Assembly: GCA_019057475.1 (NCBI GenBank) | Contig: DXJO01000007.1 | Span: forward strand, 1-64,000 | From: Candidatus Thorarchaeota archaeon | Lineage (GTDB): Archaea > Asgardarchaeota > Thorarchaeia > Thorarchaeales > Thorarchaeaceae | Length of the DNA stretch: 64,000 bases | Direction of reading: 5' to 3' | In this document: piece after piece, positions 10,743 to 19,694 of the stretch | Position numbering within the stretch: the stretch's first letter is position 1 | How the letters are laid out: each line of letters opens with the position of its first letter | The notes under the pieces: model-generated | What the model saw: the letters and a program-made list of their open reading frames with translations, nothing else | The model's database searches: none | What the model was told of the DNA's origin: nothing | Translations under genes and position numbers: made by a program

Positions 10743-13124
10743 TTGGTAGTGTTTTCAGGGATGACCTCCAGAACAAAGCGCATGAAACGGAGGATGCTCG
10801 AATCGCCCCCCACGATATCGGCTGAGCGAGCTGAGCTCTTCACCGCCTACATCAAAGACCATGTGCAGGAACCAGCCAAACTCAGGCTAGCAAAGGGCTT
10901 TGCCAACGTCCTCCTCAATATGACAATCCGGATTGAGCCCGAGGAACTCATTGTAGGGAATATGGGGTCAACGCAGAGATCATGTCAGATATTCCCAGAG
11001 TACAGCTGGAGATGGATAGAGCAGGAATTAGACAGATTCGAGAAGCGACGAACCGAGAAGTTCATCATTAGCGAGAAGGACAAGAACACGCTCCGCGAAG
11101 TATTCGAGTTTTGGAGAGGAAGAAGCACTGCTGAGATATGCGCGACGGAAATGCCCGAAGCAGCCCAGCGTGCATCCAAAGCCGGACTGTTCACCATTGG
11201 AGCACCGGGAACAGGCATAGGTCACGTGATTGTTGACTATCAACGCGTGCTGAATGATGGCCTAGAGGCTATCCTAGCAGAAACTGCGCTTCTCAAGGAA
11301 GCGGAAGACGATTCCGAGAAATCAGTATTCTACGAGGCGGTCGGGATTGAGATTCGTGCTGTGATAGGATTCGCAGAGAGATTCGCTGAGCTGGCTGAAG
11401 AACAGGCGAAGAGCGAGAGGGATACGAAAAGAAAGAAGGAACTCATCACCATCGCAAAGGCGTGCAGACGCGTTCCAGCTAAGCCCGCCCAGAGCTTTCA
11501 AGAGGCATTGCAATCATTCTGGTTCATTCAGCTACTAGTGCAGATCGAATCGAATGGTCACTCCATCTCCACGGGGAGATTCGACCAGTACATGCACCCC
11601 TACTACATCAGGGACATCGAGTCTGGACAAATGGCAAGGGAGGAAGCTCTCGAACTCCTTGAGATGTTGTGGATTAAATTCTCCAGCATAATTAAACTGA
11701 GGAATGAATACTACAGCACTGCGTTTGCAGGACATCCGATGTTCCAGAATCTGACAATTGGAGGACAGGATTCGGATGGCAATGATGTGTGTAATGAGGT
11801 CACAGACCTAGTCCTCGAAGCTACTGCGAACGTGAGAGTGACTCAGCCAACTGTGTCATTCAGGTGGCACAAGAACACACCCGAGAACATTAAAATGAAG
11901 GTCACCGAAGTAGTTTCGCAGGGCTTGGGCATGCCCGGCTTGTTCAATGATGAAATCATCATCCCGCTAATGGCGAAGAAAGGCACGGATAAGGAAGAAA
12001 CGCACGATTACTCCGTACTGGGATGTGTCGAGCCCATCATCGAAGGGAAAAGCGATCCACGAGCAAACATCGGGTATGTGAACCTATTGAGAATACTCGA
12101 AGTCACCTTGAACGGGGGCAAAGACCCGAGAACAGGAAACATGGTGGGATCCAAAACCGGCAATCCACATGACTTCGAATCATTTGGCGAGCTGTGGAAT
12201 GCTTACAAGGAACAGATTGACCATGCAATAGACCTTCTTACCAGCGCGGACAGGATTGCTGCTGGCATTCTGGCCAGTGAGAAACCCACGCCCTTTATCT
12301 CGGCGCTCCTGCAGGACTGCCTCAAGAACGGGAAGACAATGCAAGAAGGCGGTGCCAAGTACAACTCAGGCGGTATAATGGGCGTTGGAGTTGCCATGGT
12401 TGCAGATTCCCTTTCCATGATTAGAAAATACGTGTTTGAAACCAAGCAGATGACTATGAGCAATCTTCTGGAAGCCTTAGCGGACAACTTTGAAGAACAC
12501 GAAGAACTTAGAGCCCGCCTTGACAATGACTCAGAGAAGTACGGCAATGACTTGGAAAAGGTCGACATGCTCGCTCGGGAAACTGGAAAAGCATTTTGCG
12601 AATCCATCCAATCGAGAATGACAGCACGTGATGGTCCATATCATGGAGCGTTATTCTCAGTATCAATGTATATTCCTCAGGGCGAAACCGTAGGTGCAAC
12701 GCCGGATGGACGGAAAGCAGGACTCATGTTGTCGGATGGAGTCTCACCAGCACACAGTAGGGATATACATGGACCAACCGCAGCAATGAAGTCAGTAGCC
12801 CGTCTTGACCACGGGCTCTGTTACAATGGAACACTCTACAACATGAAATTCATGCCACATAGCTTTGACACGGAGGCAGGACGGAAGAGATTCATAGGTC
12901 TCGTCGACGCCTATTTTGAGCTTGGGGGCCTTCACGTGCAATTCAATGTAGTTGACAGAGAGACCCTTGAAGATGCAAGAGTCAATCCGCATCTTCACCG
13001 AGACCTCATAGTTCGTGTAGCAGGGTACAGCGCTTATTTCATCGAACTCGATCCATTCGTGCAAGACGAGGTCATAGCTCGTACCGAATTCTCCACCGGA
13101 ACCGGCTGGAGGATATCTTGTTAA
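10743..13124 (+). CDS. glycyl radical enzyme, glycerol/diol dehydratase-like (PFL2 group)
   Basis: NGHSISTGRFDQY, single-Cys loop GCVEP, ATPDGR, C-terminal glycyl-radical motif RVAGYSAYF. Confidence 0.92.
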   Translation: MVVFSGMTSRTKRMKRRMLESPPTISAERAELFTAYIKDHVQEPAKLRLAKGFANVLLNMTIRIEPEELIVGNMGSTQRSCQIFPEYSWRWIEQELDRFEKRRTEKFIISEKDKNTLREVFEFWRGRSTAEICATEMPEAAQRASKAGLFTIGAPGTGIGHVIVDYQRVLNDGLEAILAETALLKEAEDDSEKSVFYEAVGIEIRAVIGFAERFAELAEEQAKSERDTKRKKELITIAKACRRVPAKPAQSFQEALQSFWFIQLLVQIESNGHSISTGRFDQYMHPYYIRDIESGQMAREEALELLEMLWIKFSSIIKLRNEYYSTAFAGHPMFQNLTIGGQDSDGNDVCNEVTDLVLEATANVRVTQPTVSFRWHKNTPENIKMKVTEVVSQGLGMPGLFNDEIIIPLMAKKGTDKEETHDYSVLGCVEPIIEGKSDPRANIGYVNLLRILEVTLNGGKDPRTGNMVGSKTGNPHDFESFGELWNAYKEQIDHAIDLLTSADRIAAGILASEKPTPFISALLQDCLKNGKTMQEGGAKYNSGGIMGVGVAMVADSLSMIRKYVFETKQMTMSNLLEALADNFEEHEELRARLDNDSEKYGNDLEKVDMLARETGKAFCESIQSRMTARDGPYHGALFSVSMYIPQGETVGATPDGRKAGLMLSDGVSPAHSRDIHGPTAAMKSVARLDHGLCYNGTLYNMKFMPHSFDTEAGRKRFIGLVDAYFELGGLHVQFNVVDRETLEDARVNPHLHRDLIVRVAGYSAYFIELDPFVQDEVIARTEFSTGTGWRISC

Positions 13125-13191
13125 ACGACACATTTAACATTCGCGCGATTCACCCATACCCAGATTAAGCTGACACGTGAGGCTGAACTTG

Positions 13192-14187
13192 ATGGGTTAC
13201 GATGTCGTTACCTTCGGCGAAGTAATGCTAAGGCTTTCGCCCCCTGACTTCATGCGATTTGAGAACACCGTGAGTTACAACGCTAATGCAGGCGGCGCCG
13301 AAATGAACGTTGCAGTGGCATGTGCAAGACTCGGTTTGAAATCAGCATACGTGACCAAGCTTGGTGACAACTCTGTTGGACATTTCATACGCAACAAGGC
13401 AAGGGAGCACGGAGTTGATACATCGCATATTCTCTGGGACTCCAACAGTCGATGTGGCGTTTATTTCGTGGAGTTCGGAGCTGCACCCCGGACAAATCGA
13501 GTCATCTACGATAGAAAGCACTCAGCAATCAGTAAAATCACACCAGGTGAGGTTCCGTGGAGGAACATCCTGAAAGGCACGAAGCTGTTTCACACCAGCG
13601 GAATCACGCCAGCGTTGAGTGAGTCGTGCGCCCGAGCTACCGAAGAGGTTCTGAAGACTGCCAAAGAACAAGGATGCAAGGTTTCCTATGACGTCAATTA
13701 TCGAGGTAAGCTTTGGACTACTGTCGAGGCTCGCAAATTCACAGAACCGGCCTCCAAGTACATTGACATCCTGATAACAACGGAAGAAGATACGAAGATC
13801 GTCTATGGCATCGAAGGCAAAGATTACGAAGAGGTTGCACAGAAATTAACAGACAAGTTTGGATTCGAAGCAGTCGTTATAACTCTCCGCGAAACCCCCT
13901 CTGTTTGGCATAACAAGTGGTCTGTTTTTGCCTACTCAGATGGCAAGGTGTACAAGAGTCCGACATACGACATCGAAGTTGTCGACAGGCTTGGCGGAGG
14001 AGACTCCTGCAGTGCAGGATTCATCTATGGATATCTCAAGCTGAAGGATCTACAGAAAGCAGTTGAGTTCGGCTCAGCCTTCTCAGCTCTGAAACATTCT
14101 GTGCCTGGGGATTTAGCATTTGTCTACCGGGAGGAAGTCGAGAAACTCATCAAAGGACGCAAGCGCGGTCTGCGTATCGAGAGGTAG
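13192..14187 (+). CDS. kdgK: 2-keto-3-deoxygluconate kinase (PfkB family)
   Basis: VTFGEVMLRLSPP, GGAEMNVA, HTSGITPALS, SYDVNYR.KLW, VDRLGGGDS, ALKHSVPGD; directly before eda. Start taken after an RBS-like GTGAGG. Confidence 0.85.
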   Translation: MGYDVVTFGEVMLRLSPPDFMRFENTVSYNANAGGAEMNVAVACARLGLKSAYVTKLGDNSVGHFIRNKAREHGVDTSHILWDSNSRCGVYFVEFGAAPRTNRVIYDRKHSAISKITPGEVPWRNILKGTKLFHTSGITPALSESCARATEEVLKTAKEQGCKVSYDVNYRGKLWTTVEARKFTEPASKYIDILITTEEDTKIVYGIEGKDYEEVAQKLTDKFGFEAVVITLRETPSVWHNKWSVFAYSDGKVYKSPTYDIEVVDRLGGGDSCSAGFIYGYLKLKDLQKAVEFGSAFSALKHSVPGDLAFVYREEVEKLIKGRKRGLRIER

Positions 14188-14856
14188 GTGAACAATACTA
14201 TGTGGAACAAGCAAGATGCAATGAATCTAATCAGTGAAACTGCACTCATCCCGATCATCAGGGTGGATTCGATAGATGTCGGATTCAAAGTTGCAGATGC
14301 CTTTCTGGAAGGTGGTGTAAACATCATCGAAGTCACATTCAGTGTGCCTGGAGCCACAGAGTGCGTCCGTCAGCTCTCAGAGAAAATTGGCGACGAAGTG
14401 CTAATTGGCACTGGCACGGTCCTTGACCCTGAAACTGCTCGCAGGGCTATTCTGGCCGGTAGTGAGTTCATCGTTAGCCCAACCTATTCCAGAGAGCTCA
14501 TCGAGATGTCTAGAAGGTATGCGAAACCGGTGTTCCCGGGAGCGCTGTCCCCGACAGAGATTCTTGAAGCCTACACCATGGGAGCTGATGCAGTGAAAGT
14601 GTTCCCATGTGGGACCGTGGGAGGAGCATCCTACATCAAGGCGGTCAGGGCGCCTCTACCACAGATACCTCTAATCCCCACAGGCGGTGTGAACCTTGAA
14701 ACCGCAGGACCCCTTCTTGATGCGGGCGCCTTTGCACTCGGGGTGGGCGGTGCCATTACGGATAAGAAAGCCATCAAGGAAGGGAATTACGAAATCATAA
14801 CAGAGAATGTCAAGAAGTTCCTCAAAGTGGTCAAGAAGCACAGGAGTAAGAAGTGA
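14188..14856 (+). CDS. eda: KDPG / 4-hydroxy-2-oxoglutarate aldolase
   Basis: IEVTF, IGTGTVLD, FIVSP, SPTEI, VKVFP, PTGGVN. Confidence 0.92.
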   Translation: MNNTMWNKQDAMNLISETALIPIIRVDSIDVGFKVADAFLEGGVNIIEVTFSVPGATECVRQLSEKIGDEVLIGTGTVLDPETARRAILAGSEFIVSPTYSRELIEMSRRYAKPVFPGALSPTEILEAYTMGADAVKVFPCGTVGGASYIKAVRAPLPQIPLIPTGGVNLETAGPLLDAGAFALGVGGAITDKKAIKEGNYEIITENVKKFLKVVKKHRSKK

Positions 14857-14928
14857 ACACCAGCGCCTAAGCCAAAAGGAAAGCTTTTTGCAGTGCCCTT
14901 TAGTGCCGCGAGAGAGAAGTGATCTGAA

Positions 14929-15255
14929 ATGACAGATGATTTACTTGAATTGATGCGCGAGAGAATCGCTATCGGTCTTGAACGCAAGAAAACCCAAGAA
15001 GCCCTGGATGGTTGGGAACGCAAGGCGCTGCTGACCCTCAAGGATGGAAGGCAGTACCATTTTCTCGTTGCAAACAACACCATAAAGGTCAACGAGGGTC
15101 CCATTGACAATCCGGACATGCGGGTTGAGGCCTCAGAAGAAACAATGCGGAAGCTCTTCTTGGAGGAGATGGGGGCTACAACTGCAATTCTCAAGAGAAA
15201 ATTGAAAGTTAAGGGTTCAACTTCCGACCTAATGAAATTGAAACACATATTCTAA
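14929..15255 (+). CDS. SCP2 sterol/lipid-binding domain protein
   Basis: PD..V..S......LF.......A....KLKVKG....LMKL signature. Confidence 0.8.
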   Translation: MTDDLLELMRERIAIGLERKKTQEALDGWERKALLTLKDGRQYHFLVANNTIKVNEGPIDNPDMRVEASEETMRKLFLEEMGATTAILKRKLKVKGSTSDLMKLKHIF

Positions 15256-15283
15256 CAACATTCAGAAACGGGAGATGTAATTT

Positions 15284-16690
15284 GTGGATCAGAAAGTAGT
15301 AGATGAGCTTGCCCGGATCGTGGGCGACGAATTCGTGTCGACACGTGATGATGTACTTCTGACTTATTCCGCCTCGGCATCGATAGGATACGACTCAGTT
15401 CGTCCTGGAGCTATCGTAAGACCTGGAAGTACTCAAGAGGTTGCTGATATTCTCACGGTTGCCAACAAGTACAAAATCCCGGTGACACCACGTTCTGGAG
15501 GGTCAAGCCTCCAGGGAGAAGCTATTCCAAGACCTGATGGTCTGGTCATTGAACTCCTAAGACTTAAGGACATCACGGTATTTGAGGACCTCAGATCAGT
15601 CAGGGTTGGGGCAGGAATTACCTTTGGCAGGCTCGATAAGTTCCTGAACCAATACGACCTCTGGGTGCCCGTCTATCCGGAGTCAGCATTAGTCTGCACA
15701 CTGGCCGGGAATGTTGCTGTCAATGGCGCCGGACCAGGTTCAAGCACCTATGGTTGCATCGCTGAGATGGTCCTCGGACTTGAAGTAGTTCTGCCGGATG
15801 GTACGATAATCCAGACAGGTACAGAGGGCAATCCAAATGCTCCCGGTCCATTCTTGCGCTATGCCTTTGGACCGGATCTGACAGGCCTATTCATAGGATC
15901 TCTGGGCATTCTTGGGATAATAACCAGCGTGTCAGTAAAGGCATTCAAGAAGATGCACCATTTCCACTATGAAACGTATGGGTTTGATAGAGCAGAACAG
16001 ACTGAAAAATTCCTGATGGACCTGAAGCAAAATGAGATAGGCGTTCTGTTCGCATCAATCTACGAAGGCGAAATCCTAAGCTTCTTCATGGACATGGTCG
16101 AAGTGGAGTTTGGGATTCCGAAACACGAATGGCCTCCGTTCACGATCTCTGCAATCCTCGGCAGAGTCAGAGAAGATCAGCTGAAGAGCGACACCGAACT
16201 AACAAAAAGGATTTGCGAAGAGCTTGGAGGACATGTCATTGGAATAAGTGAGCTTCCTAGAGGTGAGTGGGATAAACGAATGTGGACTTTTGCCCGCACC
16301 TCTTACCTCCACGGATGGCACTGGCGTATTCTTTATCACCACCAGACGCCATCAAACTGGCACCGCTCAATTGAGGAAATATGGGCAGTAATGGACAAGT
16401 ACGGCTTGCTTGGCCACACTGCAGGCTTTCTGACAGGTCATGGGAGCTACAATTTTTATCCCCACCTCTACTTCGATCCGCAAGACAGAGAGGAAGAGAT
16501 GAAGGTTAGAGAGGCTCACAAGGAGCTCGCTCAGCGCCTCTTCAAAACCGGGGCAGTTCCATTCAAGCTTGCACCTTACTGGATCGAGGACGTCGAGGAG
16601 ATGAAGGATTATCTCAATCTCATCAAGACATTGAAACGGGTGATGGACCCCAACAACATCATGAATCCTGGCATCTTCGGGGAAATGTGA
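15284..16690 (+). CDS. FAD-linked oxidoreductase (GlcD/VAO fold), paralog 1
   Basis: PRSGGSSL.G, T.AGN, GLEVVLPDG, GPDLTGLFIGS.G.LG, DPNNIMNPG. Confidence 0.9.
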   Translation: MDQKVVDELARIVGDEFVSTRDDVLLTYSASASIGYDSVRPGAIVRPGSTQEVADILTVANKYKIPVTPRSGGSSLQGEAIPRPDGLVIELLRLKDITVFEDLRSVRVGAGITFGRLDKFLNQYDLWVPVYPESALVCTLAGNVAVNGAGPGSSTYGCIAEMVLGLEVVLPDGTIIQTGTEGNPNAPGPFLRYAFGPDLTGLFIGSLGILGIITSVSVKAFKKMHHFHYETYGFDRAEQTEKFLMDLKQNEIGVLFASIYEGEILSFFMDMVEVEFGIPKHEWPPFTISAILGRVREDQLKSDTELTKRICEELGGHVIGISELPRGEWDKRMWTFARTSYLHGWHWRILYHHQTPSNWHRSIEEIWAVMDKYGLLGHTAGFLTGHGSYNFYPHLYFDPQDREEEMKVREAHKELAQRLFKTGAVPFKLAPYWIEDVEEMKDYLNLIKTLKRVMDPNNIMNPGIFGEM

Positions 16691-16716
16691 TATTAGTTAG
16701 AGGAGTGCAGAACTCA

Positions 16717-18123
16717 GTGAACAAGAGGATAGTCTCGGAACTTGCCAAGATTGTTGGCGAGGAATATGTATCCACCAGAGAGGATGTTCTCCTCACGTAT
16801 TCTGAGACTGCGTCTATGGCTAAAGACCCAGTGACTCCAGGGGCTGTAGTGCGACCCGGGTCTGCTGAGGAGGTATCGCAGATACTTCAGCTCTGCAACA
16901 AACACAAGATCTTGGTGACTCCGCGCTCAGGCGGATCTTCACTTCAGGGGGAAGCTATCCCCAAGCCGGACGGTTTGGTTGTTGAGCTCTTGCGAATCAA
17001 GGGTATCACTCTTCACAAGGAACTCAGGTCTGTAACAGTCGGAGCGGGCATGACATTTGGTGAGCTCGATAAGTTCCTGAATCAACATGATCTCTGGATT
17101 CCCATCGCCCCTGAATCAGCTTTGGTCTGTACAGTTGCGGGCAATGTGGCTGTCAACGGCGCGGGTACCGGATCTAGCGCTTACGGCAGTATTGCAGAGA
17201 TGGTCCTTGGCGTGGAGGTAGTTCTGCCGAATGGAGAGATCATACAGACGGGGTCAGAAGCGAACCCCAATGCTCCGGGCCCATTCCTAAGATATGCCTT
17301 CGGGCCAGACCTAACAGGGTTGTTCATTGGGTCTCTTGGAAGTCTTGGAATCATAACGAAGGTTTCCCTGAAGACCTACAAGCGAATGCATCACTTTCAC
17401 TACGAAACATATGGATTCGACACGGCTGAGCAGGCTGAGAAGTTCCTTATAGAGATTAAGAACAATGATGTCCTCCCGATGTTTGCGTCCATCTACGAAG
17501 GCCCGGTGCTCAGCTTCTTTATGGACATGGTGGGTGAGGAGTACGGAATTCCGGAACATGAATGGCCCGATAGGACAATTTCAATGACAATTGGTCGACT
17601 CAGGGAAGACCAACTGAAGAGCGACGTTAGGAAAGCCAAGGAGATTTGTGAGCAACTTGGTGGACACGTGATAGGCATCAGTGAATTGCCACAAGGAGAA
17701 TGGGACGGCCGCCTCTGGGTCTTTGTGAGAACGTGTTACATACACGGCTGGCACTGGCGCACCCTGTACCATCATCAAACGCCTACGAACTCTCATCGCT
17801 CAGTGGAAGAGATAACGGCTGCCATGGATGAGCATGGATTTCTTGGGCACACCGCCGGATTCCTCTCTGGGCATGCCAGTTTCAACCTTTATCCCCATTT
17901 TTATTTTGATCCGCTCGACAGAGAAGAAGAACACATGATACGCGCTGCGCATGATGAGCTCGCTACTGCGCTCTACAAGACAGGGGCAGTTCCATTCAAA
18001 CTCGCAGAGTACTGGAAGGGCCGCATGGAAGGAATGGAGGACTACATGAAGCTCCTCTCCGCAATCAAAGAAGCGCTCGACCCTAACGGAATACTTAACC
18101 CGGGTGTACTTGGAGGCATATGA
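16717..18123 (+). CDS. FAD-linked oxidoreductase, paralog 2 (tandem duplicate)
   Basis: Long identical stretches with paralog 1 (e.g. NPNAPGPFLRYAFGPDLTGLFIGSLG). The GTG start at 16717 follows GGAG and aligns with the paralog 1 N-terminus. Confidence 0.9.
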   Translation: MNKRIVSELAKIVGEEYVSTREDVLLTYSETASMAKDPVTPGAVVRPGSAEEVSQILQLCNKHKILVTPRSGGSSLQGEAIPKPDGLVVELLRIKGITLHKELRSVTVGAGMTFGELDKFLNQHDLWIPIAPESALVCTVAGNVAVNGAGTGSSAYGSIAEMVLGVEVVLPNGEIIQTGSEANPNAPGPFLRYAFGPDLTGLFIGSLGSLGIITKVSLKTYKRMHHFHYETYGFDTAEQAEKFLIEIKNNDVLPMFASIYEGPVLSFFMDMVGEEYGIPEHEWPDRTISMTIGRLREDQLKSDVRKAKEICEQLGGHVIGISELPQGEWDGRLWVFVRTCYIHGWHWRTLYHHQTPTNSHRSVEEITAAMDEHGFLGHTAGFLSGHASFNLYPHFYFDPLDREEEHMIRAAHDELATALYKTGAVPFKLAEYWKGRMEGMEDYMKLLSAIKEALDPNGILNPGVLGGI

Positions 18124-18126
18124 GAA

Positions 18127-19290
18127 ATGACTGAGATTGACCTAGAAGAACTGATGGAAAACTTGGCGCAGTGTCGCAGATGTGGAATCTGCCGCGATGC
18201 TGTGTATGAAGACATGGGTTTTGACGGCATATGTCCTGTCTGGAAGAACACAGCAGGCTTTGAAACGAGCTTCATGCGAGGGAAACTCATGATTGCCATT
18301 GCCCTGCTTGAAGGACGGCTTGAGAAGACAGCAGACAACGCGGAAGCCCTATACTCATGTTCGCTCTGTGGGAACTGTACTGAGATATGTGCAGCGGAGT
18401 TTGATCCAACAAAGTCGCTTGAGTTGGCTAGGGCGGTTCTGAGTGACATCCCCAATGAGGTGCGGGATGCCATTGCAGAGAGGATTTTGACCACCAACAA
18501 TCCGTATGTCACGGACAAGAAAGGAAAACGCGACTGGGTAGCGGAGCTGGGGTTTGAGCCTCCAACCAAGGCTGACACGCTATACTACTTCGGATGCACT
18601 GCAGGCATGAAACTGCCCGAAACCGCCAAAGCAGCAGCGAAGCTGCTTAAGGCGGCGGGTATCGAGTTTGCGGTTCTAGAGGACGAGCCATGCTGTGGGT
18701 CCGTTATGATTCGAACAGGTCGACTCCAAGATGCCAAAGAAAATGCGAAGAAGGTGCTTGAATCAATCCAAGAGTCAGGAGCCAAGATTGTTCTCGTATC
18801 ATGTGCTGGCTGCCTCAAGACTCTGAGAAAGGATTATCCTGAGAAATTCAACCTGTCCATGCCCAAGGTAGTCCACTTCGTTGAGCACTTCCTAGAACTT
18901 GTTAAGAGCGGAAAAATCAAGCTCAAACCTCTAGGTGAGAACGTGAAGATTACATATCATGACCCCTGTCACATGGGTCGAGAGTTAGGCATCTACGAAG
19001 AGCCGAGAGACCTACTGAAGGCGATACCGGGGGTAGAACTCGTAGAGATGGAAACCAACAGGCGAGCTGCAATGTGCTGTGGAGCTGGAGGCGGGTTGCG
19101 CTCATATGATCCAGAACTCTCCAAGAAAATCGCAGCTGATAGAGTCAGAGAAGCTGAAAACGCAGGTGCGGAGATTATCGCCAATGCCTGCCCCTTCTGT
19201 GAGCAAAATCTCGAAAGCGGTGCCAAACTAATAGATAGCTCGATAGGAGTGGCCGACATTGTGGACCTCATTGTGGATCTTATTGAGTGA
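18127..19290 (+). CDS. Fe-S oxidoreductase, GlcF/HdrD-like with CCG domains
   Basis: CRRCGIC..CP, CSLCGNC...C, PCCG, CAGC, YHDPC, CCGAGGG, CPFC. Confidence 0.9.
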   Translation: MTEIDLEELMENLAQCRRCGICRDAVYEDMGFDGICPVWKNTAGFETSFMRGKLMIAIALLEGRLEKTADNAEALYSCSLCGNCTEICAAEFDPTKSLELARAVLSDIPNEVRDAIAERILTTNNPYVTDKKGKRDWVAELGFEPPTKADTLYYFGCTAGMKLPETAKAAAKLLKAAGIEFAVLEDEPCCGSVMIRTGRLQDAKENAKKVLESIQESGAKIVLVSCAGCLKTLRKDYPEKFNLSMPKVVHFVEHFLELVKSGKIKLKPLGENVKITYHDPCHMGRELGIYEEPRDLLKAIPGVELVEMETNRRAAMCCGAGGGLRSYDPELSKKIAADRVREAENAGAEIIANACPFCEQNLESGAKLIDSSIGVADIVDLIVDLIE

Positions 19291-19330
19291 TTATCAACTA
19301 GTCCGAATTGATCTGCACAGTTTGCATTAA

Positions 19331-19405
19331 GAAGAAGGTGGACGTCTGGCAGACTCCCTGACTTGGCAGCCAAGACATGGCTTTAAGGTCCACCCTCTTT
19401 TTTTT
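19331..19405 (+). terminator. putative terminator of the catabolic operon
   Basis: GGTGGAC...GTCCACC stem with an internal CTTGGC-A-GCCAAG inverted repeat, followed by a T8 tract. Confidence 0.5.
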
Positions 19406-19694
19406 GAACGTGAAGCCCCTGCGCTCTCACTGGAACGCCTCCCTCTGAACCATAAGGTGAGAGTAGAATCTCCCTGCAGACGGACATTCTTTTGGGCATA
19501 CCAATGCAGAGTGTTGTCCAATTGCTTGAACTACTCGCGGAGCAACGGGCATCGACCAGTCGTCCGTTCCATACAATGTCAACAACACGAAATAAGCTTA
19601 TTGTTCTATGAGTATAGAATTCTACGGGCATAAAACTTTAAAACCAACCTCATCATGGAGCTGGAGCAGACACAATCGAGTGTGAGGCGGTATA

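Noticed and set aside
19383-19631. 82-aa minus-strand ORF
   Set aside because: No motif, no RBS and atypical composition; the region is better explained by terminator, hairpins and promoter
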